Source of the DNA: Spirochaetia bacterium
GTDB taxonomy: Bacteria; Spirochaetota; Spirochaetia; DSM-16054; Sediminispirochaetaceae
DNA length: 64,000 bases
Reading direction: 5' to 3'
Assembly (NCBI GenBank): GCA_034520965.1
Contig: JAXHMY010000005.1
Coordinates: forward strand, 1 to 64,000
Shown: positions 18,466-28,263 of the stretch, in pieces
How the letters are laid out: each line of letters opens with the position of its first letter
Numbering within the stretch: position 1 is the stretch's first letter
The notes under the pieces: model-generated
The model's input: only the letters and a program-made list of their open reading frames with translations
Told to the model about the DNA's origin: nothing
The model's database searches: none
Translations under genes and position numbers: made by a program

Positions 18466-19850
18466 ATGAAACCCAAAACACCGAATTCAAATCCTCCTGG
18501 CACGACGAACACCTCAAATGGATCTGTGGATTTGCAAACGCTGACGGCGGAATGATCTATATTGGTAAAGATGACAATGGGAAAGTAGTCGGATTGTCGA
18601 ATTATGCCAAACTGATGGAAGATCTTCCCAACAAAATTCGTAATGCCATGGGCATCATTTGCGATGTTCAGCTCAACGAAACAGACAACAAGAAATTTAT
18701 TTCCATCAAAGTTAATCCCTATTCCGTACCGGTTTCTCTACGGGGCAGGTTTTACTACCGTTCCGGCAGCACCAAAATGGAACTTACCGGTGTAGAACTC
18801 AATGAGTTTCTCATTAAAAAAGCGGGTAAAACCTGGGATGATATGATTGAAGATGACGCAACTGTGAAAGACATCAACGAAAAAAGTATTGCCTAATTCA
18901 TTGAAGACAGTGGAGATAAAGGACGATTGCCGGAAACGGAAGGGCTCAACACCTTTCAGATTCTGGAAAAATTGAAACTAACTGAAGGCAAAAAACTCAA
19001 ACGGGCTTCGATTATCCTGTTCGGCAAAGATCCCATGCGGTTTTACCCAAATATACAGGTAAAAATCGGGCGTTTCGGCATAGACGCGGCAGACCTGAGA
19101 TTTCAGGAAATTGTAGAGGGTAATCTTGTGCAGATGCTCCATGAAGTTCAGGTACAGCTCAATTACAAGTTTTTGACACGCCCGATAACATTCGAAGTCT
19201 TTCAACGCTTGGAAAACGATCTTTATCCGATTGACGCACTCAGAGAGATGCTTTTGAATGCACTTGTTCATCGCACCTATATGGGGGCGACCATTCAAAT
19301 GCGAGTGTACGACGACCAGCTTTCCATTTGGAATGAAGGCGCTCTTCCCTACGGCTTGAGTCTGGAAGATCTCAAAAAAGAGCATAGCTCACGTCCTCGA
19401 AACCCGCTAATAGCTAATGCCTGTTTTTTAGGGGGGTATATTGATACCTGGGGGCGCGGAACACTGAAAATAATCAATGCATGCCGGGAAGCAGGTTTAC
19501 CGGAGCCGGAATTCACAGAAAAGAACGGCGGTGTTTCTATGACAGTGTGTGCTCACAGTCTTGCAAGTATGGCCAGTCAAAATATTAGGGAGAAAACGTC
19601 GGAGAAAACGAAAGTAGAATTCGGAAAGAATTCGGAAAGAATTCGGAAAGAATTCGGAAGCGAAGTTGGCAGAGCTTTTGAAATTATATACCAGAGCCCC
19701 GAATTCACCGCAGAACAAATTGCAGAAAAGCTCGGAAAAACACAGCGGACCGTTGAAAATTACATCGCGAGATTGAAAAAGGCTGGGGTTATCACCAGGC
19801 GAGGTCCCAAGCTGGGCGGCTATTGGGAGGTAAACACAACAGAAAAATGA
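18466..19850 (+). pseudogene. AlbA_2 (Schlafen-like) + HATPase_c_4 + HTH protein with damaged start and in-frame TAA at 18894-18896
   Basis: ETQNTEFKSSWHDEHLKWICGFANADGG; ALREMLLNALVHRTY; SRPRNPLIAN; WGRG; C-terminal HTH ending GGYWEV; ORFs 18552 and 18927 share a frame. Confidence 0.85.
19617..19660 (+). repeat. 11-bp tandem repeat GAATTCGGAAA x4 within the CDS linker
   Basis: Units at 19617, 19628, 19639 and 19650 (last ends in G). Confidence 0.9.
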
Positions 19851-19961
19851 CACTGCTAGTGTTAATAGAATTGTTGCTTGGAAAGTGATATAAAGAGGTA
19901 TATATTTCCCCTTATGAGTGCCGGTTAGACTATTAATAGCCTGCAGTGTATACTCCAATTC

Positions 19962-20471
19962 ATGGACAATAAACGCTTAGAAGATTACATGCGCAAAAAG
20001 AGACATGTGTGCTGGATTTTGAACGCTTTGGATGAAGAGTATACGGTCGAGACGACCCTAGGGGTGTACTGCCTTAACCCGACTTCTTTTTTTGATAGAG
20101 TACCGGAGAATGTACTGGAGGTGCTGAGGGGGAAGGGCTATACGAGGTTGTATGTGCTTTATCTTTTCTCCCGTATAGGTAATTTAAAAGAGTTTGCAGA
20201 TCTGCCGGTCGAGGAACTACTGGACGCAAAATGCAATGAGTCTTTAGGCGAGCTTATGCCGGAAGTAGGAAAGATCTTTTTTGCATATGGAACACTGCCG
20301 AACGAAAACATGCGTTTCCTGGTCGAGGGGCGGGTAGAGGAGGTAAAAAGCCTCATTCTGCAGCAAAAACCGGAGGTGGAGTTTTATCATTTCGGAGGCC
20401 TCACTGAAACGGGAGACCCTAAAAGCCTGGAAGCCCTTGAAGAGGGCGACAGCGAGAATAGAATTACTTGA
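19962..20471 (+). CDS. Hypothetical protein, weakly DUF1643-like
   Basis: CLNPT / YLFSR / FAYG / GLTETGDP resemble DUF1643 blocks; leaderless-type promoter TAGACT-17-TATACT. Confidence 0.55.
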   Translation: MDNKRLEDYMRKKRHVCWILNALDEEYTVETTLGVYCLNPTSFFDRVPENVLEVLRGKGYTRLYVLYLFSRIGNLKEFADLPVEELLDAKCNESLGELMPEVGKIFFAYGTLPNENMRFLVEGRVEEVKSLILQQKPEVEFYHFGGLTETGDPKSLEALEEGDSENRIT

Positions 20472-20593
20472 GAGAATACGAATGAGGACCTGGGGGACAC
20501 AATTCTCTGATGCCTGTTGATCCAGTAGTCTTCTTTGTTTCCTGGATGTCTTTTGAACTACCGATTGGTGCTTGTGTTCTGCTTAATTGGGCA

Positions 20594-21901
20594 TCAATCG
20601 ATATTATCCAACCGCTCTATTCTAGCTCCAAGAGCCTTCATGGTTTCATCGAAATTCGGGTAGGACACTGCTGCATATTCAGCATTTTCTATTATAGATG
20701 GACCTTCTGCAGTAAGAGCGGCAATGGTAGTGGCCATTACAATACGGTGATCGTGATGACCGTCAATGAACGCCCCTTTTAGATCAGATTGATAAATTAT
20801 CAATCTGTCCTCAGTTTCTTCAAATTTACCACCCATCTTCTCCAGCTCTTTTCGTATAATAGCGGTTCTGTCAGTTTCCTTAAGCCTACTGGCCGACACG
20901 TTTTTGAGTATCGTTTTTCCTTTGGCTCTGCATCCGAGAACGGCTAAGATAGGAACCGCATCCGGTGTACCGGAACAGTCGATTTCAATTCCATTTAAGG
21001 TATCGGTTCCTTCAACAGTTATGCCTTCTTCCCCACTACCGCGAATAGCAACCCGTGCGCCCATTCGCTCGAGTATTTTTACAAAAGCTTTTTCACCGGC
21101 GTAATCTTGGGTATTCAGATTATAGAAAGTAACTTTTGAATCTGTAATGGCAGTTGCTATCATTGGGTAGCCGGATGTCCCCCAGTCAGCTGGTATAGTA
21201 AAATCGGTTGCCTGCATCTTTTGTCTACCCTTTACTCGGAATTCCAGATAATCCTCAGAATGCTCTACTAAAACTCCAGTATGTTTAAGCATTCCAATGG
21301 TCATGTTTATGTAAGGTATTTCAAGCATCTTATCATCAGTAATGCGAATAACCGTATCACTCTCTGCTTGTGAAGCCGCCACAAGAATTGGTGTGAGCCA
21401 TTGGGAGTTTACACCCGGCATTTCAGCTTCACCACCTCTAAGAACCCCTTTCACCACAAGGGGAGCAAGACCAGAATTTCGAGTGGAATAAATATTTGCT
21501 CCCAATGCATTCAATGCCTTTATTTGCGGGCCGGTTGGCCTATAACAGATTTGGTAATCCCCGCTGATTACTGAACAGCCGTCAATAAGGCTTGCTACGG
21601 CCACTGCCATGTAGAACCCTGTGCCGGAGTTCTCTGCATCTAGAACCTGAGCAGGAACCTGCAGAGCACCACCGGAACCTTCTATAACCCACAGCTTTGG
21701 ATTGGATGTATCAATCTTAACACCTAATGCCCGCATCATATTGATAAGAGAAAAGCTGTCAAGATTAAGCAGAGGATTGTGCACTTTTGTTGTTCCTGTC
21801 GCTAATGAACCAAGTATAATGGAACGGGCGGTGCCTGATTTGTTTCCCGGAATTTGCACCTCTCCCTCCAAAGATTCTGTCTTATTCACTAAAAATTTCA
21901 T
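20594..21901 (-). CDS. aroA: EPSP synthase family enolpyruvyl transferase (AroA paralogue)
   Basis: PGNKSGTAR, NSGT, RP, NSQ, TPDAVP, SRLKETDR, DHRIVM, VSYPNF. Confidence 0.88.
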   Translation of the reverse strand: MKFLVNKTESLEGEVQIPGNKSGTARSIILGSLATGTTKVHNPLLNLDSFSLINMMRALGVKIDTSNPKLWVIEGSGGALQVPAQVLDAENSGTGFYMAVAVASLIDGCSVISGDYQICYRPTGPQIKALNALGANIYSTRNSGLAPLVVKGVLRGGEAEMPGVNSQWLTPILVAASQAESDTVIRITDDKMLEIPYINMTIGMLKHTGVLVEHSEDYLEFRVKGRQKMQATDFTIPADWGTSGYPMIATAITDSKVTFYNLNTQDYAGEKAFVKILERMGARVAIRGSGEEGITVEGTDTLNGIEIDCSGTPDAVPILAVLGCRAKGKTILKNVSASRLKETDRTAIIRKELEKMGGKFEETEDRLIIYQSDLKGAFIDGHHDHRIVMATTIAALTAEGPSIIENAEYAAVSYPNFDETMKALGARIERLDNID

Positions 21902-21926
21902 TTAAAAGACCTCACTATTATGTTTA

Positions 21927-21977
21927 AAGATAACGTTTTCAGTTAATTAGAATAGTATTTTATTTGATTTCTGTCAA
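21927..21977 (-). promoter_or_regulatory. aroA promoter TTGACA-17-TATTCT with downstream LacI-type operator
   Basis: -35 at 21977-21972; -10 at 21954-21949; AGATAACGTTTTCAG at 21928-21942. Confidence 0.7.
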
Positions 21978-22036
21978 TATTAATTTGAATCTTGCTAATT
22001 TTTGAAATTATTTCAAGAAAATCAGTTTAAAACTGT

Positions 22037-22088
22037 TTGACAAGGTATATTTTTAGTTGCTATTATAAAACACAGATAACGTTTGCAG
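22037..22088 (+). promoter_or_regulatory. TRAP operon promoter TTGACA-18-TATTAT with downstream LacI-type operator
   Basis: -35 at 22037-22042; TGc-TATTAT at 22058-22066; AGATAACGTTTGCAG at 22074-22088. Confidence 0.7.
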
Positions 22089-22124
22089 AAGTTTATTTGT
22101 TACTATTTTATTGGAGGTATCGTA

Positions 22125-23105
22125 ATGAAGAAGAAAATTGTTTTAATTCTGATTTTAAGTATGCTGGTTGCAGGGTTTAGTTGGGCGGGTGGTGCTCAGG
22201 AGGATTCCAAGATCATTTCCATTGCTACAGCTGGTACGGCCGGGGCATTATACCCGATGGGGGTAGCATTGGCTGAGGTGTTAAATAACAATATTGAAGA
22301 TATGACAGCTTCCGCCGAATCTAGTGGGGCATCACTTGAAAATATGAGAAACCTTATGCAGGGCAATGTTGAATGGGGTATAAGCCAGAACGAAGTTGCC
22401 TTTCAGGCATACGATGGTATCGGCCCCTACGAAGGAAAAGAATTTAAAGAACTTCGTTCACTTTTCGGCACACTGATAAGCTGGATTCAGGTTTTTGTTC
22501 CTGCTGACAGTGATATTGATGAAATATCGGACATGGAAGGAAAAAGAATTGGGGTTGGGCAAGCCGGCAGCGGAGGCGAAGCGGCTGCAAAGAAGGTTCT
22601 TTCTTATTACGGTCTTGATTACGATTCTATCACTCCGGAATTTATTTCGGATTCCGAGATGGTAAATGCACTAAAAGATGGTGTTTTGGACGGTTTTATC
22701 AGCACACATCCGCTTAAATCGGCTGCTCTCCTGGACCTTACTACTACTTTTAAAGTGAAGATTATTTCGGTTAATGATGAAGGGTTTTACAATGAATATC
22801 CTTATTATACCCGAATGACCATTCCTGCAGGTACATACAGAGGAGTAGATTATCCTGTTGATACTCCAACCTCGAGAATTGTTATGTATACTACCAAAAA
22901 TCTTCCAGAGGACATAGTGTATGAGTCCATGAAGGCAGTTTGGGAAAATGAAGAAGACTGGGTAAAGGTTCATGCAGCCGTGGAAAAATACACAAATTTG
23001 GAGGATGCATGTACAAACCTGTCGGCTCCGTTGCATAAAGGAGCAGCCAAATACTATGAAGAAATGAGAGTCTCCATACCTTCAGAGTATGCGCCGATCG
23101 ACTAA
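22125..23105 (+). CDS. TAXI-family TRAP solute-binding protein
   Basis: GGAGG RBS; SIATAGTAGALYPMG, SGASLEN, GQAGSGG, PLHKGAAKYY. Confidence 0.92.
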   Translation: MKKKIVLILILSMLVAGFSWAGGAQEDSKIISIATAGTAGALYPMGVALAEVLNNNIEDMTASAESSGASLENMRNLMQGNVEWGISQNEVAFQAYDGIGPYEGKEFKELRSLFGTLISWIQVFVPADSDIDEISDMEGKRIGVGQAGSGGEAAAKKVLSYYGLDYDSITPEFISDSEMVNALKDGVLDGFISTHPLKSAALLDLTTTFKVKIISVNDEGFYNEYPYYTRMTIPAGTYRGVDYPVDTPTSRIVMYTTKNLPEDIVYESMKAVWENEEDWVKVHAAVEKYTNLEDACTNLSAPLHKGAAKYYEEMRVSIPSEYAPID

Positions 23106-23595
23106 ATATTTCAGAACAGGGTTGTGGCTTACTGCTGCCGCCCTGTTCCTGTGTTTTCTGCTGATATTGGGAAGGAGTTTTTTTATCCCTTCCTTTACTA
23201 TCTACAATGAAACAAACGGTGAAGTTGTAGCACGTGTTCCTTTAGAAGAGATTCTTGAGATTCGCTATGTATACAGACAGTCCTATGATCGCGGACTAAT
23301 TGAAGAATATTTTGTAATAGAAAATAAGCGCCTAATACCAATTGTTATGACCTATGACACCGATTCCTATGATTATCATGGGAGCCGATATGAAAACTCT
23401 GATCGACGATTGGCCGGAAACAGATGGCATATAAGGATTTATAAACACCTGGGCTATGCAATGATTTCATACAGAATTGGTTATACTATTGAACAGCATA
23501 TGCGCTTACTCACCATCAAAGGAGAGCAGAGCTTTTCTTTCAAACAAATGGGTGAACCCGGGGACCTAATAATTGTTGGTGCAGGAAAGAGGTAA
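23089..23595 (+). CDS. DUF1850-like TAXI-TRAP accessory protein
   Basis: N-terminal TM; IRYVYRQSYDRGLIEEYF; usual position between the SBP and the permease. Confidence 0.65.
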   Translation: MRRSTKYFRTGLWLTAAALFLCFLLILGRSFFIPSFTIYNETNGEVVARVPLEEILEIRYVYRQSYDRGLIEEYFVIENKRLIPIVMTYDTDSYDYHGSRYENSDRRLAGNRWHIRIYKHLGYAMISYRIGYTIEQHMRLLTIKGEQSFSFKQMGEPGDLIIVGAGKR

Positions 23596-23597
23596 GA

Positions 23598-25492
23598 ATG
23601 ATACAAAAAAACACTGTTGGTATGGTGGCAATAGCAGTACTTGGCTTTGCATTTTCCATTTTTCACATTTATACTGCCCTTTTTGGTGTTCTAACACCAA
23701 TATTGCAAGGGGGAATACACCTGTTCACGCTGCTGGCCCTTGGGCTTCTGATATATAGAGTTAAAAAAACTAATGACCAGAAAGAACCTGCCTTTCGTTG
23801 GCATAATGTTTTTCTTTTTTTTGTAGTTGTTATTGTAGCACTTTTTTTTCTTACTCAGCTTAGTCCGGATGAAATACTAAACCGCGGGATTATGGGTCCA
23901 ACCAGAATAGAGCAAGTACTCGGTCTCATAATTCTGTTGCTTGTATTAGAGGGAACTAGGCGCACAATTGGGCTTCCGATTGTAATGGTGGCAGTGTTTT
24001 TTATCATTTACGCCCTATTTGGACGGTACATGCCTTCGGTAATAGCTCACAAGGGGTATTCCATTTGGAGACTTATTGACAATCTTGTCTGGACTACCCA
24101 GGGAATATTCGGAGTACCTATAGCTGTATCTTCCACCTTTGTTATAATTTTTATTCTCTTTGGAAGTATGCTGGATAAACTCGGTGCTGGAGCATTTTTT
24201 ATTAATTTTGCCTATGCACTTACGGGTCATAGAAAAGGCGGGCCTGCTCAGACCTCTGTTATTGCCAGTGGCTTCATGGGGAGCATTTCGGGGTCCTCAG
24301 TTAGCAATGTGGTAACCACCGGTGCTTTCACCATACCGCTTATGAAAAAAACCGGTTATTCATCAGAATATGCTGGTGCCGTGGAAGCGGTAGCCTCTAC
24401 GGGTGGGCAAATTATGCCGCCCGTCATGGGAGCCGCCGCATTTGTTATGGCCGATATGTTGGGGGTTCCCTATTACAGAATAGCCCTGTCTGCTGCAATT
24501 CCTGCATTACTGTATTTTATTTCCGTAGGCTTTATGGTATATTTCCGGGCTTGCCGTAAGGGCCTTGAAGGAGTAGACAAAAAAGAACTTCCTTCCGCCG
24601 GTAAAGTTCTGAAAGAAGGGTATTACGTAGTAATTCCTCTCATTGCCCTTATCTATTTTCTTTTTATCCGAATGTATTCACCCATGCGGGCCGGAGTTTT
24701 TACAATCTTTGTACTGGTAGCTGTCAGTTTCATCTGGACATTTTTCAGAGAAAAGCGTTTTTTATTTAAGAACTTTTTGATGCTCTTGTTCACGGGGCAA
24801 AAATAGCAATTCCGGTAGCTATGGCCTGTGCTTCTGCGGGAATTGTTATAGGTATCGTCAGCCTTACAGGACTGGGGGTAAGGTTTACCCAATTGATTAT
24901 TAGTCTTTCAGGCGGTTATCTTTTTCCGGCTCTTTTGCTGACAATGGTGGCGTGCATTATCCTTGGAATGGGCCTTCCAACCACAGCAGCTTACATCATC
25001 ACTTCGGTGTTGGCTGTTCCGGCACTCACTTCACTTGGAATTCCTGTCATGGCCGCCCATTTGTTCATACTCTATTTCGCAATTATTTCTTTTATAACCC
25101 CTCCTGTGGCAATTTCAGCCTTTGCCGCCTCGGGAATAGCCGGCTCAGATAGTATGAAAACTGGATTCACTGCCTTTCGGATAGGTATAGCTGGTTTTAT
25201 TGTTCCCTTTATGTTCGTATACGGACCCTCTTTGATTTTTATAGGGGCATGGTGGCTTATCCTCATGAATACCGCTAAAGCCTTACTTGGTGTAGTACTG
25301 CTGGCAGGATCTCTGGAAGGCTGGTTTTTCAACAGACGCCTTAAACCAGTCTACCGCATTTTTATTGGGCTTGCCGCAGTGTTTCTCATATTCCCACGAT
25401 TGTGGTCTGGTTTGGTTGGATTAGCGTTTATGTTGATATCTTTTTTACTAATTGTTATTCTGGAAAAGACTGTTATGTATAAGAGTGTATAG
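23598..25492 (+). CDS. TRAP fused 4TM/12TM permease (frameshift near 24760)
   Basis: GGPAQ, SGSSVSNVVTTG, EAVASTGGQIMPPVMGAAAF, LGMGLPTTAAY, ITPPVA. Confidence 0.92.
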
Positions 25493-26563
25493 ATGGAAAA
25501 TAAGGGCTTACCCACCCTAAATGACGTTGCCTCGAGTGCAGGGGTCTCAATCTCTACAGTTTCGCGATATCTAAACGGAATAAAAATCCGGAACGATTTG
25601 GCACAAAAGGTGGAAGTGGCAGTCGCTCATCTCGATTATAAGCCAAACTATGCCGCTCGTGCGATTCGAGGCAGTAAAAGCAGGGCTATAGGAATGATTC
25701 TTCCAAAAATAGAACACCCCTATTTTTCTGCTGTCCTTGAAGGGGCAACGGAAGAGGCACGCAGGCATGATCAAACAATATTGGTTTCTTCTAGCCAGGG
25801 GAAACGGGCCATCGAGAATGACATTATCCATCAATTTTCTCGTAGTATAATCGATGGCTTAATTTACACCCCGGTAGCTACGGATGACGATTTTATAGAA
25901 ACAGAATCTTTTAGAAACCTGCCCGTTATTATAGCTGCCCGAGGACCTAAAGTATATCCTGAATTCATTCATGTGTTTCAAAATACCCGATCCGGAGGCT
26001 ACCTTTCTACTAGTTATCTCCTATCTCTTGGGCACCGGCGAATTGCTTTTTTTGCCAGTTTTTGGGAGCCATTCTGTAACTCCACTACCATCAAATCAAG
26101 TCTTGATCTTCCAGGTGCAGAGGTTTATTCCAGTCTTGACCGTTTTCGCGGCTATCTGGATGCCCTGGAAGGGGCAGAAATCGAATACGACCCAAACTTA
26201 GTAGTTATCTGTGGCTATGGCTTTGATTCAGGCAATGATGCAGTAAAGGAACTGCTTTCCCGTTGTGTACGCTTCGATGCAATTGTTACTGCTTCTGATG
26301 CGGTAGCAGGAGGGGCAATGCATACATTAGACCTGCAGGGTATAGAAATTCCCTCAGATATATCCGTTGTCGGTTATGGTGATTTGGAGATCGGAACAAT
26401 AATGAAACCCTCATTGACAACAATACAGCAGGATATGTTCTTCCTGGGGGAAGAATCAGTAAGGGCATTAAATAAGCTAATTGAAGAAAAGCCGGTTGCA
26501 AACAAGATGCTCGATGTAAAACTGATTGTCAGGAATTCAACAAAAAAGAAACAGATTAAATAA
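25493..26563 (+). CDS. LacI-family transcriptional regulator
   Basis: TLNDVASSAGVSISTVSRYLN, YKPNYAARAI, IPSDISVVGYGD, PSLTTI. Confidence 0.95.
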   Translation: MENKGLPTLNDVASSAGVSISTVSRYLNGIKIRNDLAQKVEVAVAHLDYKPNYAARAIRGSKSRAIGMILPKIEHPYFSAVLEGATEEARRHDQTILVSSSQGKRAIENDIIHQFSRSIIDGLIYTPVATDDDFIETESFRNLPVIIAARGPKVYPEFIHVFQNTRSGGYLSTSYLLSLGHRRIAFFASFWEPFCNSTTIKSSLDLPGAEVYSSLDRFRGYLDALEGAEIEYDPNLVVICGYGFDSGNDAVKELLSRCVRFDAIVTASDAVAGGAMHTLDLQGIEIPSDISVVGYGDLEIGTIMKPSLTTIQQDMFFLGEESVRALNKLIEEKPVANKMLDVKLIVRNSTKKKQIK

Positions 26564-26690
26564 ACTCTGTATTATGAATAAAACATTTCTCCTTTTATAT
26601 TAGACAATCGAAATACTAATTGTTTTCACATCAGATAAAGGTTTGATAAAAAAAACAAGAAAATTATATACTCAACATAAGGCATATATA

Positions 26691-26938
26691 TTGGATGAAG
26701 AGTATACGGTCGAGACGACCCTAGGGTGTACTGCCTTAACCCGCCTTCTTTTTTTGATAGAGTACCGGAGGGTGAAAACATGCGTTTCCTGGTCGAGGGG
26801 CGGGTAGAGGAGGTAAAAAGCCTCATTCTGCAGGAAAAACCGGAGGCGGAGTTTTATCATTTCGGCGGCCTCACTGAAACGGGAGACCCTAAAAGCCTGG
26901 AAGCCCTTGAAGAGGGCGACAGCGAGAATAGAATTACT
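26691..26938 (+). pseudogene. Internally deleted duplicate of the 19962-20471 gene
   Basis: 26691-26770 matches 20028-20108; 26774-26938 matches 20304-20468. Confidence 0.9.
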
Positions 26939-26955
26939 CAAAGTGGGGATAGAAC

Positions 26956-27040
26956 ATGAAAGCATTGGTGCTTGGTGCAAGTGGAGCCACCGGGAAATTA
27001 GTTGTAATGCAATTGATTAAAAGAAAAACTAATGTATTGC
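26956..27040 (+). pseudogene. NAD(P)-binding Rossmann protein, N-terminal fragment
   Basis: MKALVLGASGATGKLVVMQLIKR, then runs into a tandem repeat and stops. Confidence 0.65.
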
Positions 27041-27071
27041 TAATGTATTGCTAATGTATTGCTAATGTATT
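27029..27071. repeat. 11-bp tandem repeat CTAATGTATTG x~4
   Basis: Units at 27029, 27040, 27051 and 27062. Confidence 0.9.
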
Positions 27072-27202
27072 CAGCTATTGTTAAAACGGTACTTTTATGG
27101 TTTTATGAGCACTGAATTTACGGGGCAAATAACAACAGCAACGGAACTATTGAAAATAGAAATTTTTTAGAGGAACTCCGTTGATATAAATAGGAGGAGA
27201 TC

Positions 27203-27505
27203 ATGGAACAGCAACTTATCGAACTATCCACCCCTGGGGAAGTTCTGAAAGAAGAGTTTCTCGAACCTATGGGTATTACTCCTTATGCCCTTGCGAAAGG
27301 GATTTTTGTAGATCCTCCCAGAATAGCCGCAATTATAAAAGGAAAACGTAAGATCACCGCTGACACAGCTGTCAGACTGTCCAGGTACTTTGGGACAACG
27401 CCAGAGTTCTGGATGAACATGCAGAGTCGTTATGATCTGGAAGTTCTGATGGAAGAGAAAGAAACAGAGCTGAACAAGATTACCCAGCATCATAAGGCTT
27501 CGTGA
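27203..27505 (+). CDS. higA: HigA-family antitoxin (no higB seen upstream)
   Basis: PGEVLKEEFLEPMGIT...ITADTAVRLSRYFGTTPEFWMNMQSRYDL; AGGAGG RBS. Confidence 0.92.
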   Translation: MEQQLIELSTPGEVLKEEFLEPMGITPYALAKGIFVDPPRIAAIIKGKRKITADTAVRLSRYFGTTPEFWMNMQSRYDLEVLMEEKETELNKITQHHKAS

Positions 27506-27629
27506 GTATCTGTGGATTGGTACGGATTTTAATCCTGCACCCCTTCAGCATGTGTATGGTTACGTAACTGGAGCTTCAACCGTAGTATGTTAGATTCGTC
27601 ATGCAAACTCTTATCAGCCTGTATGATCT

Positions 27630-27849
27630 ATAGTCTTTGGTTGTCCGGTATGTCTGGTTTTCAAGTGTGATTGCCAGAAGCTATGCTCCTTTAAGCACGT
27701 AACTTCCACGATAATCCGATTGACCAAATCTGTACAGGAATCTTTCAGCCACATACCGGAGCAATAATGACTGATAATCCTCTTTGTATTGACGGCTGTG
27801 ATTCAATTATCGTGCAAGCACTGAAGCAGCATAATCCTTGTGTCTCCAT
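27630..27849 (-). pseudogene. AbiEii-type nucleotidyltransferase toxin remnant
   Basis: Minus frame reads KDYAASVLAR*LNHSRQYKEDYQSLLLRYVAERFLYRFGQSDYRGSYVLKGA*LL...YRTTKD; two in-frame stops, truncated. Confidence 0.75.
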
Positions 27850-28001
27850 GTGACTAAGTGTATATCAATATTCATAAATGTAAACGTTTTGTCACAAAAA
27901 CAAATCCCTTAAAATGCTTTGATGTCAAATTTATAGTATGAAAAATTTAAAACCTGTTCACCCTTTATGAGTATATTCATATAGAGGAAGAGGTTTGAAA
28001 C

Positions 28002-28262
28002 ATGGATAGGGCAGTTACAAAACAATATGAGGTGGTCTACATTGTAAGTGCGAGGGGGCTCTTAGTTGGAAAGATTGAAGACTTCTCATTTGATGAAATG
28101 TGGAAACTCAAGCACATAAGCCCCGTTTTATCCAATGGTGATCTGCTGCGCTGTTTCACTGCGATAGGGTCTGTTGATACCTATGTTTTGGAGATAGAAG
28201 AAAGCTGCAGCTGGCCGCCGGTTTTTAGCATTAGAAAAACATCGGTAATAAGTTACAACTGA
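28002..28262 (+). CDS. Hypothetical protein
   Basis: GAGG RBS; 86 aa; no motif recognised. Confidence 0.4.
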   Translation: MDRAVTKQYEVVYIVSARGLLVGKIEDFSFDEMWKLKHISPVLSNGDLLRCFTAIGSVDTYVLEIEESCSWPPVFSIRKTSVISYN

Positions 28263-28263
28263 C

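Noticed and set aside
20594..21901. Claim of glyphosate resistance or degradation
   Set aside because: Cannot be read from motifs; no phosphonate (phn) or oxidase genes are in the window.
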